Source: Cetorhinus maximus
Lineage: Eukaryota
Assembly (NCBI RefSeq): GCF_964194155.1
Contig: NC_135882.1
Span: 71,796,001-71,860,000 of the forward strand
Direction: 5' to 3'
DNA: 64,000 nucleotides
Below the pieces are notes generated by a model. It made no database searches. It saw nothing but the letters and a program-made list of their open reading frames with translations, and was not told where the DNA came from. Below, in pieces: positions 25,101 through 38,334 of the stretch (positions within the stretch are counted from its first letter, which is position 1; each line of letters starts with the position of its first letter). A program made the translations under genes and the position numbers.

Positions 25101-25628
25101 GGTGAGTTGTCTTATAAGGTAAGATTGGACAAACTAGGCTTGTATCTGCTGGCGTTTAGAAGAGTAAGAAGAGACTTGGTTGAAACCTATAAAATCCTGA
25201 GAGGTCTTGACAGGGTGGATGTGGAAAGGATGTTTCCTCTTGTGGAAGAATCTAAAACTGGGGGTCACTGTTTAAAAATAAGGGGTCGCCTATTTAAAGC
25301 AGAAATGAGGAGAAATTTTTTCACTCAGAGGGTCGTGAGTCTTTGGAACTCTCTTCCTGAAATGGTGGTGGAAGCAGAGTCTTTGAATATTTCTAAGGCA
25401 GAGCTGGATAGATTCTTGGTAAGCAAGGGGGTGATAGGTTATTGTCGGTAGGCGGCATGCAGATTTAAGGTTACTAACAGGTCAGCCATGATCTTATTAA
25501 ATAGTGTAGCAGGCTCAAGGGGCTGAATGACCTACTCCTGCTCCTTGTTCGCATGTTCGTATGTATTAATTAATCCTTTCCCGTTGCATAATACTAGATC
25601 TAAAATAGAGTGTTCCTTAGTTGGTTTG
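22152..25628 (-). mobile_element. Old CR1 LINE (endonuclease end, RT, 3' UTR) interrupted at ~24375 by another CR1
   Basis: ORFs 22717-23028, 23197-23415, 23397-23768; EN motif PLGKSDHNMV stops at 24375 and resumes at ~25564 (ILDLVLCN..GLIN). Confidence 0.85.
24376..25563 (+). mobile_element. 5'-truncated CR1 LINE nested in opposite orientation
   Basis: FHKVFDKVPHQRLL, GVPQGSVLGP, LEYCVQYWSP; tail TGTTCGCATGTTCGTATGT. Confidence 0.92.
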
Positions 25629-26090
25629 GGTAGGAGGGTGAGGTGGGTAAGTGGGTGATGTGGGTAAGTGGCTAGGCGGTGATGTGAATAGGTGGGTGAG
25701 GTGGCTAAGTGGGTAGGAGTGTAAGGTGGGTTAGTGGGTAGGGTGAGTAGGTGGGAACTCATTGGGTTGGGATGGGGGCTGTTGGCAGCTCAGCGGGGCA
25801 GTTGAGTGGTCAGGGTGTAGTCAGGGGGCTAGATGGCTGGTCGGTGGCGGGGGGGAGTGGTCAGGTGATCGAGGAGTAGCTGGGTGATATGGGATAGTTG
25901 GATCAGGTCGGGTTGGGTAGGTCGTTAGGTCAGGGATGAGTAGGGTTGAGTCAGGGTGGTAGTCACATGGGTAGTTTGGTGGTTGAGATATATTTGGGGG
26001 CTCAAGGGGATAGTCAGGTGGTCAGGGTTGTAGTCGGGTTAGGTCAGTGGGGTAGTGAGTTGGGGTGATGATTGGGGGGGTCAGTTGTGG
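25628..26090. repeat. G-rich low-complexity array (GGGT/GGTCAGG units)
   Basis: Continues the 22060-22150 array on the other side of the CR1. Confidence 0.7.
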
Positions 26091-26640
26091 AGTTACCCAG
26101 ATGTTAGACAGATGTAACAGCCAGCTAAGTACATCAGAACTGCCTGATGGTCTCCTACTCTAATACAGAGTGAGAGACATCTGCGGAGGATCCTGGGGAG
26201 CAGGGGAGTTGCCATTGGAAGTTGAAACAAAGATACATTGTTAAGAAACCATTCCAGGACAGCAAAAGGAACCGATATCGGAAAATGCTTGGTGGGCCAA
26301 ACAAGCCAGAAAGCTTCAAGTCTACGCTGATGAGCACAACATGAATAATTTCTTTAAGCCCTGAAGACTGTGTATGTATGCTCACCTGTTCTCAATGCTG
26401 TTGGGAATCTTTCCTGATGGACAGGACCGTTATCAAAGAGGAACCAGATAGGAATGTCATCGCTTTCTAGGTGTCAAATATTCTGCTGCAATTCCTGACT
26501 TTCACAACCAGAAAGAGATTTCAAAAAAAATTTCAACATAATGGAGGTAAGTTGTTTATCAATTAAAGAAACAAGCTATCAAATTGTGCATTGCTTCTAG
26601 TCTTTAAGGAACTGTTATGGACAGGAGGGGGTGTAATTTA

Positions 26641-27060
26641 AAAGCAAAATTCTGCGGATGTTGGAAATCTGAAACAAAAATAAAAATAGCTGGAAAAATT
26701 CAGCAGGTCTGACAGCATCTGCGGAGAGGAAGATAGTTAACGTTTCGAGTCCGTATGACTCTTCATCAGAACTGAGGAAAAATAGAAATTAGGTGAAATA
26801 TAAGCTGGTTGAGGGGGATGGGACAGGTAGAGCTGGATAGAGGGCCAGAGATAGGTGGAGGCAAAGAAGAGATTGCCAAAGATGTCATAGACAAAAGGAC
26901 AAAGGGGTGTTGACGATGGTGATATTAGCTAAGAAATGTGCTAATGGTGACATTAAGGGTAGAAAGCAGAACTAGCAAGTGACAGATAGCCCTAGTGGGG
27001 GTGGGGTGGTGGGGAAGGGATCAAAATAGGCTAAAACGTGGAGATGAAACAATGGATAAT
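26641..27060 (-). mobile_element. Penelope-like pLTR copy with hammerhead ribozyme
   Basis: Reverse complement matches 31798-31981; imperfect TAATT(T)AAA duplication at the junctions. Confidence 0.8.
26735..26773 (-). ncRNA. Minimal type-I hammerhead ribozyme, core intact
   Basis: Minus strand AGTT-CTGATGA-A-GAGTC-ATACG-GACTC-GAAAC-GTT-AACT: stem I AGUU/AACU, core CUGAUGA..GAAA, stem II GAGUC/GACUC, palindromic ACGU helix III. Confidence 0.8.
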
Positions 27061-27561
27061 TAAACGGCTCTGATTTTTCCTCTCACCACCCATACATAAA
27101 CAGAAAGGTGTTTTTTGGTTTTTGATTTCCCCCTTTGTGAGCAGTGGCGTATTTCCCAACCCCTTAGTTTTGGTGTGATCCAATGCTGATTAATAACCCC
27201 ACAACAAACTTGAGATAGGATGAACTAAAAGGGTTAGTTTATTTTATATATAGTCAAAAGGTGGGAGAGAGTGTCGGTACATAGCCTCCAGTACATTCAT
27301 ACAATAAAAAAGGGATAAGGGACAGAAAGAACTACAGGGCAAAGACCTCAGAAAAGAAAAGAATTATTGCTTCGTGTGAGTCCGGAGTCCAAAATCAAGG
27401 TCCAATGATGTATTCTTACACAGAGTTGGCAGGATGATGCTGGATAATCCACTTTCCAGAAGAGATGACTTCCCCGATGGGATAGGCACATACAGATGAT
27501 ATAGTCTTGCAGGCTCTGGTACAGGAGTTCAGAAGCTCTCGTAGAAAGTGTAGATGTTCTT

Positions 27562-27880
27562 TTTTTATTCGCTCATGGGTTCTTGGTGTTGCTGGCTAGG
27601 CCAGCATTTATTGCCCATCCCCTAAATATCCTTGAGAAGGTGGTGGTGAGTTGCCTTCTTGAACTTCTGCAGTCCATGTGATGTAGGTACACCCACAGTG
27701 CTGTTAGGGAGGGAGCTCCAGGATTTTGAAGAAACGGCAATATATTTCCAAGTCAGGATGCTGAGTGGCTTAGTGGGTAACTTCCAGGTGGTGGTGTTCC
27801 CATATACTTGCTGCCCTTGTCCTTCTAGATGGTAGTGGTCGTGGGTTTGGAAGGTACAATCTAAGGAAGCTTGGTAGATG
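27562..27880 (-). mobile_element. LINE 3' fragment (CR1/L2 group) inside the solo LTR
   Basis: SWSSLPNSTVGVPTSHGLQKFKKATHHHLLK C-terminus; tail shared with 2462-2595. Confidence 0.75.
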
Positions 27881-28121
27881 AAGGCCAGGCAATTTAAACT
27901 TCGACAGAGCCCTGCTCCTGCTGCTGTTTGGTTGTTGGAAGATGGCAGCCTGTCTTCCTCAGCTCCACAAGGCAATATTACAGGTTCTAGCAGCTCGGGG
28001 AGTGGAGGGAGGAGGTGGGTGGTGTTGGGGAGGGGGGTTGTTTGTGGGGGGTGGGGGTCAGTGGTTCATGTGACATCACTCCACTTCTCCACTTGGTTTC
28101 AACAAAGGATGTATATTCCTT

Positions 28122-28365
28122 ACCAAAATAAAAACAGAATTACCTGGAAAAACTCAGCAAGTCTGGCAGCATCGGCGGAGAAGAAATCAGTCAACGTTTC
28201 GAGCCCTCATGGCCCTTCAGCAGAAGGGCCATGAGGGCTCGAAACGTTGACTGATTTCTTCTCCGCCGATGCTGCCAGACTTGCTGAGTTTTTCCAGGTA
28301 ATTCTGTTTTTATTTTGTTTTGGATTTCCAGCATCCGCAGTAGCTTTTAGCTTTTTGTTTTTATC
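28122..28365 (+). mobile_element. Fold-back Penelope-like insertion: perfect 95-bp inverted repeat with 14-bp TSD
   Basis: Arms 28124-28218 and 28223-28317, loop AGCA; TSD GATGTATATTCCTT at 28108-28121 and 28366-28379. Confidence 0.92.
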
Positions 28366-31300
28366 GATGTATATTCCTTGTCTGGATTCTTGAGAGGGTT
28401 AATGTTTTATCCATTAACAACTTCAACTGAGGTTTCAGGATCCTTTTGTCTTCACGGGCTGATTAGCCATGGCCTTGCCTTAGAAACGTAAAAGACCATT
28501 GTACATTTTCTTGGGATTTGATCTCTGCAGTCATGGGGGTGGGGCCGGGCCGGGGGGGGGGGGGGGGGATATTAGAGCCTCTTTAGAGATAACAGTGTTG
28601 CTACAGTTCTGAAGGCAGACATGGCATCAGTCATTTTAAAGCCTTTATCCATTTTTAAAGGTTTTATAACTAAGTCATGCTGATATATAAATATCATATA
28701 AAATGAGGTGTTAGCCACCTGACAGAACTGACAAAAATATTTGATGCTGTGTCATTGCCAGGTCCTGCAAAGAAGTGTTCTCACCAGGGAAAATGCATGG
28801 TTCAGTGAGTTACAATGCATTTTTTTTTTCCCTTCTGGGTTCTGGGTTTAAATCCAGGCTAAATTGATGGGATGATTGTCTTTGCTAGTTATAAGGGCTC
28901 TATATGAAATTAATTTGGCAAGTAGGTTCAGGAAAGGCTGAGGCACTTGTGACATGATCTTCACTCTTCAGAAAATACAAGAGAAATGCCACAAACAATA
29001 GATGGGACTCAACTGTGCCTTTGTTGACCTGACAAAGGTCTTTGACACATTAAATAGAGAGTCCTTGTGGAAAGTCTTAGCCAAACCTGGATGCCCTGCT
29101 AGAGCTGTAAATCTGATACAGCAATTTCATGATGGAATGACAGCCAGAGTCACTGACTGTGGTGGATGCACTGAACCCTTTGACATAACAAGTGGTGTGA
29201 AGCAGGAGTTTGTCATTGTTCCTGGGCTCTTCAGTATATTCTTTTTACCATGCTTTCTGGGGCATTTGTTGGCATGTTTCTATTCACAGCTCAAAGGTAG
29301 TTGTACTCACGACTACAAAAATTATAATTGGCACTGATTTTGTATGAATAATTACACTGTTAGAATACAGAAAAGGAATTAGTATACTGTATTAAATTTT
29401 ATATAAGCACAGTATCAATCATAATTTGTACCCTATGCTGGTAAAGGCATTTCTTGCCATGTACTCTATTTCTGATCAGCCTGCTATGATATTTCTTCAG
29501 CAGGATTCTCAGAACATAGAACTAGTTTGTAGTTCATGTTAATATTTTAGAGGTAATGTGTAGTTCTGGGAATATTAAAGTTATAATTAAAATACAGGGC
29601 TTTAGAGATTGCCAAAAACATCTCAAGAAATGGCAGTTCAGAAGATGAGCCCTGTTGTTTAATAGAGTCAGAGTAGAAAAGATGGAACCATAAAACAGCT
29701 TATCTAACCAGAGAACTGGAGACGTGATATCTGCACTGCTGGCAAAGCAATGCAATCCTGTCTTGTTTTGGGAGTTAGATCTAAATTAGCTTATGGTGCA
29801 ACATTCCAGGAAAAAGTTCTCAGCACTGTTTATGGACAGAAACCTGTGGTAAAATGAAGTGTTATACACATAATGATTGAATGTGGAGAAAATAGCTGTT
29901 GTACCTGGTCGGGTGCCAATTATTTGATTTGTATGTACAAGGGCCAGTTTCATATTCTGATAATCAAATGCAAGTATTTCTTCGGAAAACGAACAATGAT
30001 TGTATCAAAGTAGACAACTTTTCAATGAAGGTCTTCATTAGACGATGAAACGAGAGTTGTTAACAAACAAAACGGAATTTTAAAAAATCAAAGCGTATAT
30101 TATTTTGGAGCAGGAAGTATCTTGAGTTCAGCTGTGATATTATCTAAATGCCTTTGTTTGCATTTGCCTTCCCATATCCTCTCTTATATGTTTAATTACA
30201 GTGAAGAATTCGATAAAATCTTACGAATGCAGGTCAAATTAACACCTAAACCGATATGTGACAAGCGTCCATTTTTTCTCAGTTTAGCTACACGCGTGAT
30301 TGGCATAATCAGGATAATACAGTATACCACCACCGGCCCCCACCCCACCCGCCCTGCAGTTATATTTGATCCATAAATACTTTTCTTTCAAAAAATCTTC
30401 TAACTGCAGATTAACGAATCTCTGTGGACCCACCTGACTACTTGAGCCCCTCCCTGACCCTACTGACTTGACAGATCTCTGGAAAGTTGTGTAAGTTTGT
30501 GTGCGAGTGCCACGTTAGTCTCGTTTCCAGGCATCCCTACGTGAATGAATGCACTCTCACGAACATGACCCCCTCCAAGCCTCACCACTGCACAACTATG
30601 GCCATATTTATTCTTCCTTCTATTCTGGGAACCTCGTGACGCACTTTTTCTCCAATTACGTATTCCAGTTATAGTGTTTAACAGACTTTGAAAAGCAATT
30701 GGTGTTAGGCTCAACATGGTCAAAATCATAGTTTTTATGTTTTTAACATCATAATTGGTGCTTTTTCTTGCCAGTAGCATTAGTTCCTTAAAACTTGGAT
30801 CGGGAATACGTCTCACTTAATATATCAGTAATAGGTAGCCCACTTATAACAACATTCCTAAATTTGTAAAGTTCCGATTGCAAACACGATCAGTAGCTAA
30901 GGCGTCTACCTGAGTGTAGACGTTTGCAGTAAGCCTAGCTGGTACCCTGAACATGAGACACAAGATTCATTTCGCTATTGACGTAATTCAAAGCGAATGT
31001 AAATGATGATCTATAACCTGTCTCCCAGTCAACAAATGATTTTGTATCAAAATCTAAAGTTCAATCGGAAACTTATTACCAATTATTACAAATATTGGAA
31101 ATATTGTCCAGAAAAATGTAGTGCCCGGGTTAAGTGGAAAGGAGAGTGATGCAATTAGTTGTTGAAAATTAGTTCCACCATCAATGAATATTAATGAATC
31201 CACAATTTTAATTGCATCCTATTGGATGCATATTGGGTAGTGACTGGATTCCCCATCCCATCCAAGTCATTACCTTAAGCAATTTTTTAAAACAGTTTTT

Positions 31301-31797
31301 TTACGTTGGTACAACTATAATGTTATTGCTCCTTCATGATTTTTAAAACTTTTTACATCGTTACTGTTCGGAAGGATCATTTTGTACCCATTCTCGCGTG
31401 AATTTCTCAATTCCTTGCTCTTTTTTTGCTGTCTCCAACATCTATTTTCAAGTTTTCACTTCGCTTAGCTTCGTTTGATATTTTTCCTCCTTTTGATCTC
31501 ATTCGTTCCTCGTCGTCTTTGCTTTTTTTTTCCACGTTTTTCAACATTACCTTTCAACAAATCTTCACTCTCGATTTTTAAGCCTGTATTTCATCGTTCT
31601 TCTCGTCGCTCATTCATTACACTCAACTTTCGTTGCTCTTCGTCTAATCTTCAGCTTTTCTGGTGCTGCTTCCTACGTTTTCTTCATTTTAATCTCGTTC
31701 TGTTCCTGGTTCTCTCCATTCTTGCACTGTGTCCGCAGGGATACGGCTACTGGTCGTGATGATTTGCTCGGTCAGTACAACCAATCTCTCCAGTGCT

Positions 31798-31981
31798 ACC
31801 ACCTATCACTGGCCCTCTATCCAGCTCTACCTGTCCCACCCCCCCTGGACCAGCTTATATTTCACCTCATTTCTCTATTTCCTTAGTTCTGATGAAGAGT
31901 CATACGGACTCGAAATGATAACTGTGTTCCTCTCCGCAGATGCTGTCAGACCTGCTGAATTTTTCCAGCTCTTTTTGTTTT
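31798..31981 (+). mobile_element. Penelope-like pLTR insertion with a mutated hammerhead (31885-31923) and 11-bp TSD
   Basis: TSD TCTCCAGTGCT at 31787-31797 and 31982-31992; AGTTCTGATGAAGAGTCATACGGACTCGAAATGATAACT. Confidence 0.88.
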
Positions 31982-32234
31982 TCTCCAGTGCTGTGTTTAC
32001 ATCCCATCTAGTATCGCCAGTATGGTCCCCATTATCCAACTATGCCTACTTGCTTGCAAGTCTCTCGCACTGCGCCCTTCTCCAAGCCAAACCCTCACTC
32101 TGCCTAATTGCCTGTCAGTCTCTCTAGGCACAGTCTGTTGCCAGGTGTCTGTAGTCATTGCCTGCCTTTCTAGCTAGCCTCTCCTTGTCAGTATATCAGC
32201 CTCCTCCGCAAGTAATTCTAGTCAGTAATCCAAC

Positions 32235-33176
<942 letters not shown>

Positions 33177-36100
33177 TAAAATCATTCAGCAACTTGATTC
33201 CATTCAGATTGTTAAACATTGGGTTCAAGAAGCATTCAATTTCAGAAATATTCTCGCTCAATAATTTAACACATTTAGGAAAGACCAAGTTCTCTCTCCC
33301 CCCGCCCCCCCAGGAAAAGGTGGCGGCGGGGGGGTGGGGGGCTGTTCCGGGAAAGCCCGCGAGCTTTGCCGCCCGCACTTTATCCCGCGTTCCGCGCGCA
33401 ACCCCAGAAACTTGCTCCAAAAGAGTGAACTTCTTACCTGATCACCTTCTGGGCAACACCAACAATAACAACAACAAAAAAACAAGTTAAGTCTGTCAGA
33501 TTTATAGAGCAAGATTGAAGTGGAGAAAATACAAGCAACATATTCTGTAGTGGAGAGCGGTGGCGAGGGCTCTTGTCACTGGTGCTAGGAAGTAGCCACG
33601 CGCTATTGGTGATTTATAGTGAATTGTTTGGGAAGTGCACACTGGTCTCACTTCTGTTTATCATCCGTTCAGATGTCTGTAGTTTGAGGATTAGGGAGAG
33701 GGGTTTATTTAATATTTTATTTATTTTTAATTCACAAGCGAACACATAAGAGTTGAAGCTGGATTAAATTCGTGCAACCTTCACTATGTTTATTCCGCAG
33801 TCAGGGAGCATGGCGTGGGAGCATAAACTGCGTATGCATTAGAATTGTTTCCTTTAAAAACAAATGCTGTGTATGCAGCCAACCCCGTGAAATCTATCAG
33901 ATGTTCAAAATGTACGAGCTATTCCCCGGGTCCAAAGTATCCAAATTATTACATCGTTCCACAGAACCATGGTCGTAATTTCTTTTAGAAAATATCAGTA
34001 AAATTTGAAGCCACTGAAAAGGGTAGTTAAATGCTATAACAGATGTCTAGATCCACGTAAGCCATCCACAGCAATAGTGGAAGAGGTGAACATATAGGTG
34101 GGTGTATGTTCGTTGTCAAACGCCTCCAAAAGAAGTACTGAAACTGTATGGGGCGAGAGTGAAAGTTATGTACATTTTATAATCACGATTGCATAAAGAT
34201 CATTGTAACAGATAAGGACATTAACATTAGTAACTTAAAAATGGATCATGGATCATATGCTCATGTTTCTAATAACTTTGCTTACGAGGAATACTGATGC
34301 TATTCTAAACATCAGCAACACCTTTATGCATATGTTTAAAGGAAAATAAAACATTGAATGAAATTATTTCTTCCTTCGCCCTAATACCATGTTATAAAAT
34401 ACAGTCTAAATTGACCGTAGGCATTTGTTTTATCCCCTTTAATTCAATCATATAGAATTTCATCTAAATTCTTGCCCCAACTTCCCTTAGTGGTCCCTTC
34501 CAGTTTTGCTTCCCTGAAGGCACATTTGCACTGTTTGTCCATGCTCCCTCAGCTTTACTGGTGGCACTTTCACATGTCATCTCATGTGAAAAGTGCCATA
34601 GACATAACAAGTTGTTGCTACAACTTTTGAAAAGGCATATTGATTTATAAAAACTAGGATGCCACATTATTGGTTTGACTTTCAGACAGCAATATTGTTC
34701 CTATTTGGATATTTCACATCTACATAATATTTAATATTACAAGCACTGTTTTTGCTGGAGTGTTTCCGGAAGAGAAAGTGCTTGAATATTTAATTCCTGT
34801 GTAGCACTCCGATAGAATATTGCAGGAAAAGAAGCCAAAATTGTGCATGTTTGCTTTCAGTTAGAATCTTCAGAAGGCATCATGACAAGGTTGGTCATAG
34901 GATTGCAATTGTTTTGAATAATTTCCTAGGTAATTACTTGAAATGTTACATCCTCATACCTCATTTTCACAAAGGCGATTTTTAAGCATGTGTTATGAAA
35001 AAGTAACAGATGTGGTAACAGAGAAAATTCTTCCTGTGACTAAAGTGTAACATATGCTACTGCTTCATATGCTACTCGTTGTTCTAAAGATACACAATGA
35101 GTAGAATATATATATGTGAAAATGTTTTGCTGGTTTTAAAAATAAAGCAAGAGTTGGGATCACAATTTCATTTCCATTTCAAAGGCAACAGACTTGACCA
35201 TAACAAGAAGTAAATTTTAAGCCCACCTTTAGTTAGGATCAAAGTGTTTGAGATGGCTCAGCAATTAAATGTACTGCCTGGTGAATTATTGAACTGTGCA
35301 GAATAGGATTTCTGGTCTTCGTTCAGTTAGCTAACTCGGCTAAGTATGTGTCCTACAATATACTTCAGCGTTCATGAGTTAGAGAGGAAGAGAGAAGGCT
35401 CCCATTCCTAATCACAATCTTGAAATCCTTGGTGTGTCAATGTCAGGTACGGTCAGGATTGGGATGGTCAGCTTGGTCCAGTAGCCTGCTGGCATTTGCT
35501 TTCTAAGCTTAAATAAAGAAAGCAACTTGCATCATTTACAAGCAGGCTGATGATGTCCAAGGAATTATACTACAGCATGAATCTCTGTAAGAGAGGAGAG
35601 GAAACTTGGGAAACAAAATAAGATTAGGATGATGTTAGTCTTTTAACTATAAGTTAGATAAATTCATGGTGATGAGAAAAAAAGATTGTGTTAGGTTAGA
35701 CACTGATTGTTTTTCTACCTAATAAGGAATGTTAATGTTCATACACGGTACAGCTGCCAAAATGAAATCTTACTAACACTGAATTCATCTAATTTATTTC
35801 TTCCAAAAGGAGCACTGTAGATCATGATGTTCCTTCAGGTACTGAAATATTTAAAAAGAAATGTGAATCTAACATTGCTTTTCAAAAATAAATTTGTGAA
35901 CTTGGTTCAATACTCGTGTCCAAATGAACTGCTAATGGAAAGGACTAGAGGACTATTGAGGTAGTTGAGAGTGATCAGATCATCAACTAAAAATAGTTTT
36001 CTAACTTACAAACCCATGTCATCATTGACCAAAATACCCAACCTGGGAGCAGAATACTGAGTGTGACATTTAAACACACTCACAAACATAAGATAAAATC

Positions 36101-38334
36101 TGTATCACATCAAAGCAAAAATAAATAAAGTTTATGTGGATATGGATTGAAATGATAAGGCAGTGACGTACATACTGTGCATGATATGAGCAGTACTGAT
36201 AACTTTTTAAATCCTTAGTGAGAACTTCCAGAATATAAGATCCTCTATACTTTTCAAAATCTTCCAGAAGTAATATTGATTATATCCAGGATGCTACCAA
36301 TGAGGCAAAAATGTCAGCCTGTGAGTGAATTATTACATTATCCAGTAGAAATCCGTGAATTAAAATTCACTTCATGTTCATAGTATTACATTATAATCTT
36401 TCAGATCTGTTGGTTGAAATCCAATCTATCATAATTAACTTTAATGTTTGTTCATCCTAAAATATAATGCTTTTTTAAGAAAAATTGCTGTTATTCAGGT
36501 CATAAGTACAACACAATTATTATTGAATAAATCATTTACATACCTAACCTATCTAATGATTTGGTATCTCTGGGAATATTGCGTAGAGTGCTCGCTACTA
36601 TAAAATTTAATTTAGTAAAGTTAATCAAGGGATACTGTTAATTAAATGCAGTATTATATTGTTAATCTGAAGAAGTTCACTGCTTAAGGTGGTGTAGGGT
36701 TCAACTTCAGTGTTCTGGTTATGGAAGAACAATTCTGGTTTATAATGTACTTGTTATGTTATTGAAGTAGACTGCAGTATTGCTTTTTGTGATTCTATAC
36801 AGATTTTAGATCATTGAAAAGCAAGTCTATTCCATGATATGGTAGAGTAATTCCTAATGGTATCAGTTTTGCATTGTCCAGAATTTGAATTGATTTGCAG
36901 TGTTTGGAAATATTGTGGATGGTTGCTGCATTATTTTTTTTCTTGTTAATGTAAGGTATCTATTCTCCAAAAATTGGGATCAATCACTATTTGTTATAAG
37001 GTTTAAATCATTAAAGTTTAGTTTTGAAGCTTGCAGCCAACAGAAAGGTATTATATAATTTTATGGTGCAACACAGATTTTTAGCTCGAGTGGTAAGTTT
37101 CATCTCAAGGTTACCTCCCACACTTGAGATCAGCAATTAATTTTGGCACTGGAAGGCCCAAATCAATATCTTCATGGTCCGCCATTAAATCCTCACTATA
37201 CATTGTTTTATAATTCAGTCTTTCAAGCAAATGAATATTTTTGTTTTAGTTTCAATATTTGTTTCAAGAGATGCTACCCACTGTTAGAAATTCACTTGTC
37301 AATGTTGCCATGGAAACAGGATTTCTTTGGTTGAGAGTATATGCTCTAGGCATTTTATTTAGCTGGTTGTGTTTTGTTTTCTAGCTTTAGGAAGCATTTT
37401 TTTTTGGGGGGGGAGAAATTTCAGTTTGAAAAATGGATTCTATTATATTAGCAAACACCATTGGAAAATATTAGAAATGAGTAAGGGTTACTTGTCAGCA
37501 AAAATGAATTCTTAAATATATCTATTCTTGTTTATGTGGGTGTGAATTAACATAAAGTCTCTATTACCAATCAAGCAAACTATTAAAAATGTTGCATGGT
37601 AATTAAGATTTAAAAAAGTTAATAAGAATATCAACTGTTGTTCTTATAATTCAAGTTATTACTTAATACTCTGCACAAATCAGCTGCCATACACAGATTT
37701 TTTTGGGCCTCACATGCAAAATTCTGGTTAGTGTGTTACAATCAGGCCTTGATACTAATGTGTCATACATTAAAAATAATTGGTCAATGCAGTTTATACT
37801 CCTGATATCTCGAATTCAACAGAAAAAACACTATATTGACACACCATGTAACTCAGGCTGAAACTACTAATTTAAGGTTATTGTGAGAAATAAAATTATA
37901 CAGAACCATGTATATATTAGATAGCAAAGCATTCCTTAAGTTGCATTGGCACATTAAACTGTACTCTAAGTTTAACATGACAAACTGCTTTAGAGATACT
38001 TAATCGTTTTTCTTCAGAGTCCTTTAACCACCGTTATATTGCCATGCATAGGCTTCCAGGCACTTAGAAGCTCTGGCTCACCACTGCTACATGGAGCTCA
38101 AAAGTTGAGTCATGTGAGCTGCTTCTGGATAGAGATATGTGAATCAAAATAAGAACAAGATGATATGCATTTACAATAATTCTCTAGTGTATCAACAGAT
38201 CTTCCGCCAATGTTATGGCAGACAAAGAGGAGGACCCACCTTCCGGCCCTGTAGCATCTGTTGTTAGCAAATGCTATTTCTAGCAAAAAGACATTACTTC
38301 TCCCTTTATAGAAATACAGATTCCCATTATTATT

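Larger units (their letters stand above)
26613..28724 (-). mobile_element. Solo LTR with 4-bp TSD, containing three nested insertions
   Basis: TGTTATGG...CCTGACA termini; GAAC at 26609-26612 and 28725-28728; AATAAA on the minus strand near 27240. Confidence 0.8.
26200..29270 (+). mobile_element. RTE-clade LINE ORF remnants (26200-26612 and 28725-29270) split by a solo LTR
   Basis: WWAKQARKLQVYADEHNMNNFFK; RFRKG*GTCDMIFTLQKIQEKC, AFVDLTKVFDTLNRESLW, GVKQ. Confidence 0.75.

Noticed and set aside
22152-25628. Twin-priming inversion within a single CR1
   Set aside because: The + segment has its own 3' tail and duplicates RT regions already in the - copy, which resumes after it; this is a nested insertion.
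28540-28570. Poly-G run (also poly-C at 32623-32637 and 23467-23478)
   Set aside because: Simple homopolymers, unreliable in length and without further structure.
1-32200. Exons of a neighbouring head-to-head gene (GDAP1 flanks JPH1 in mammals)
   Set aside because: No recognisable coding sequence found by eye or in the ORF track; small exons cannot be excluded without TBLASTN.
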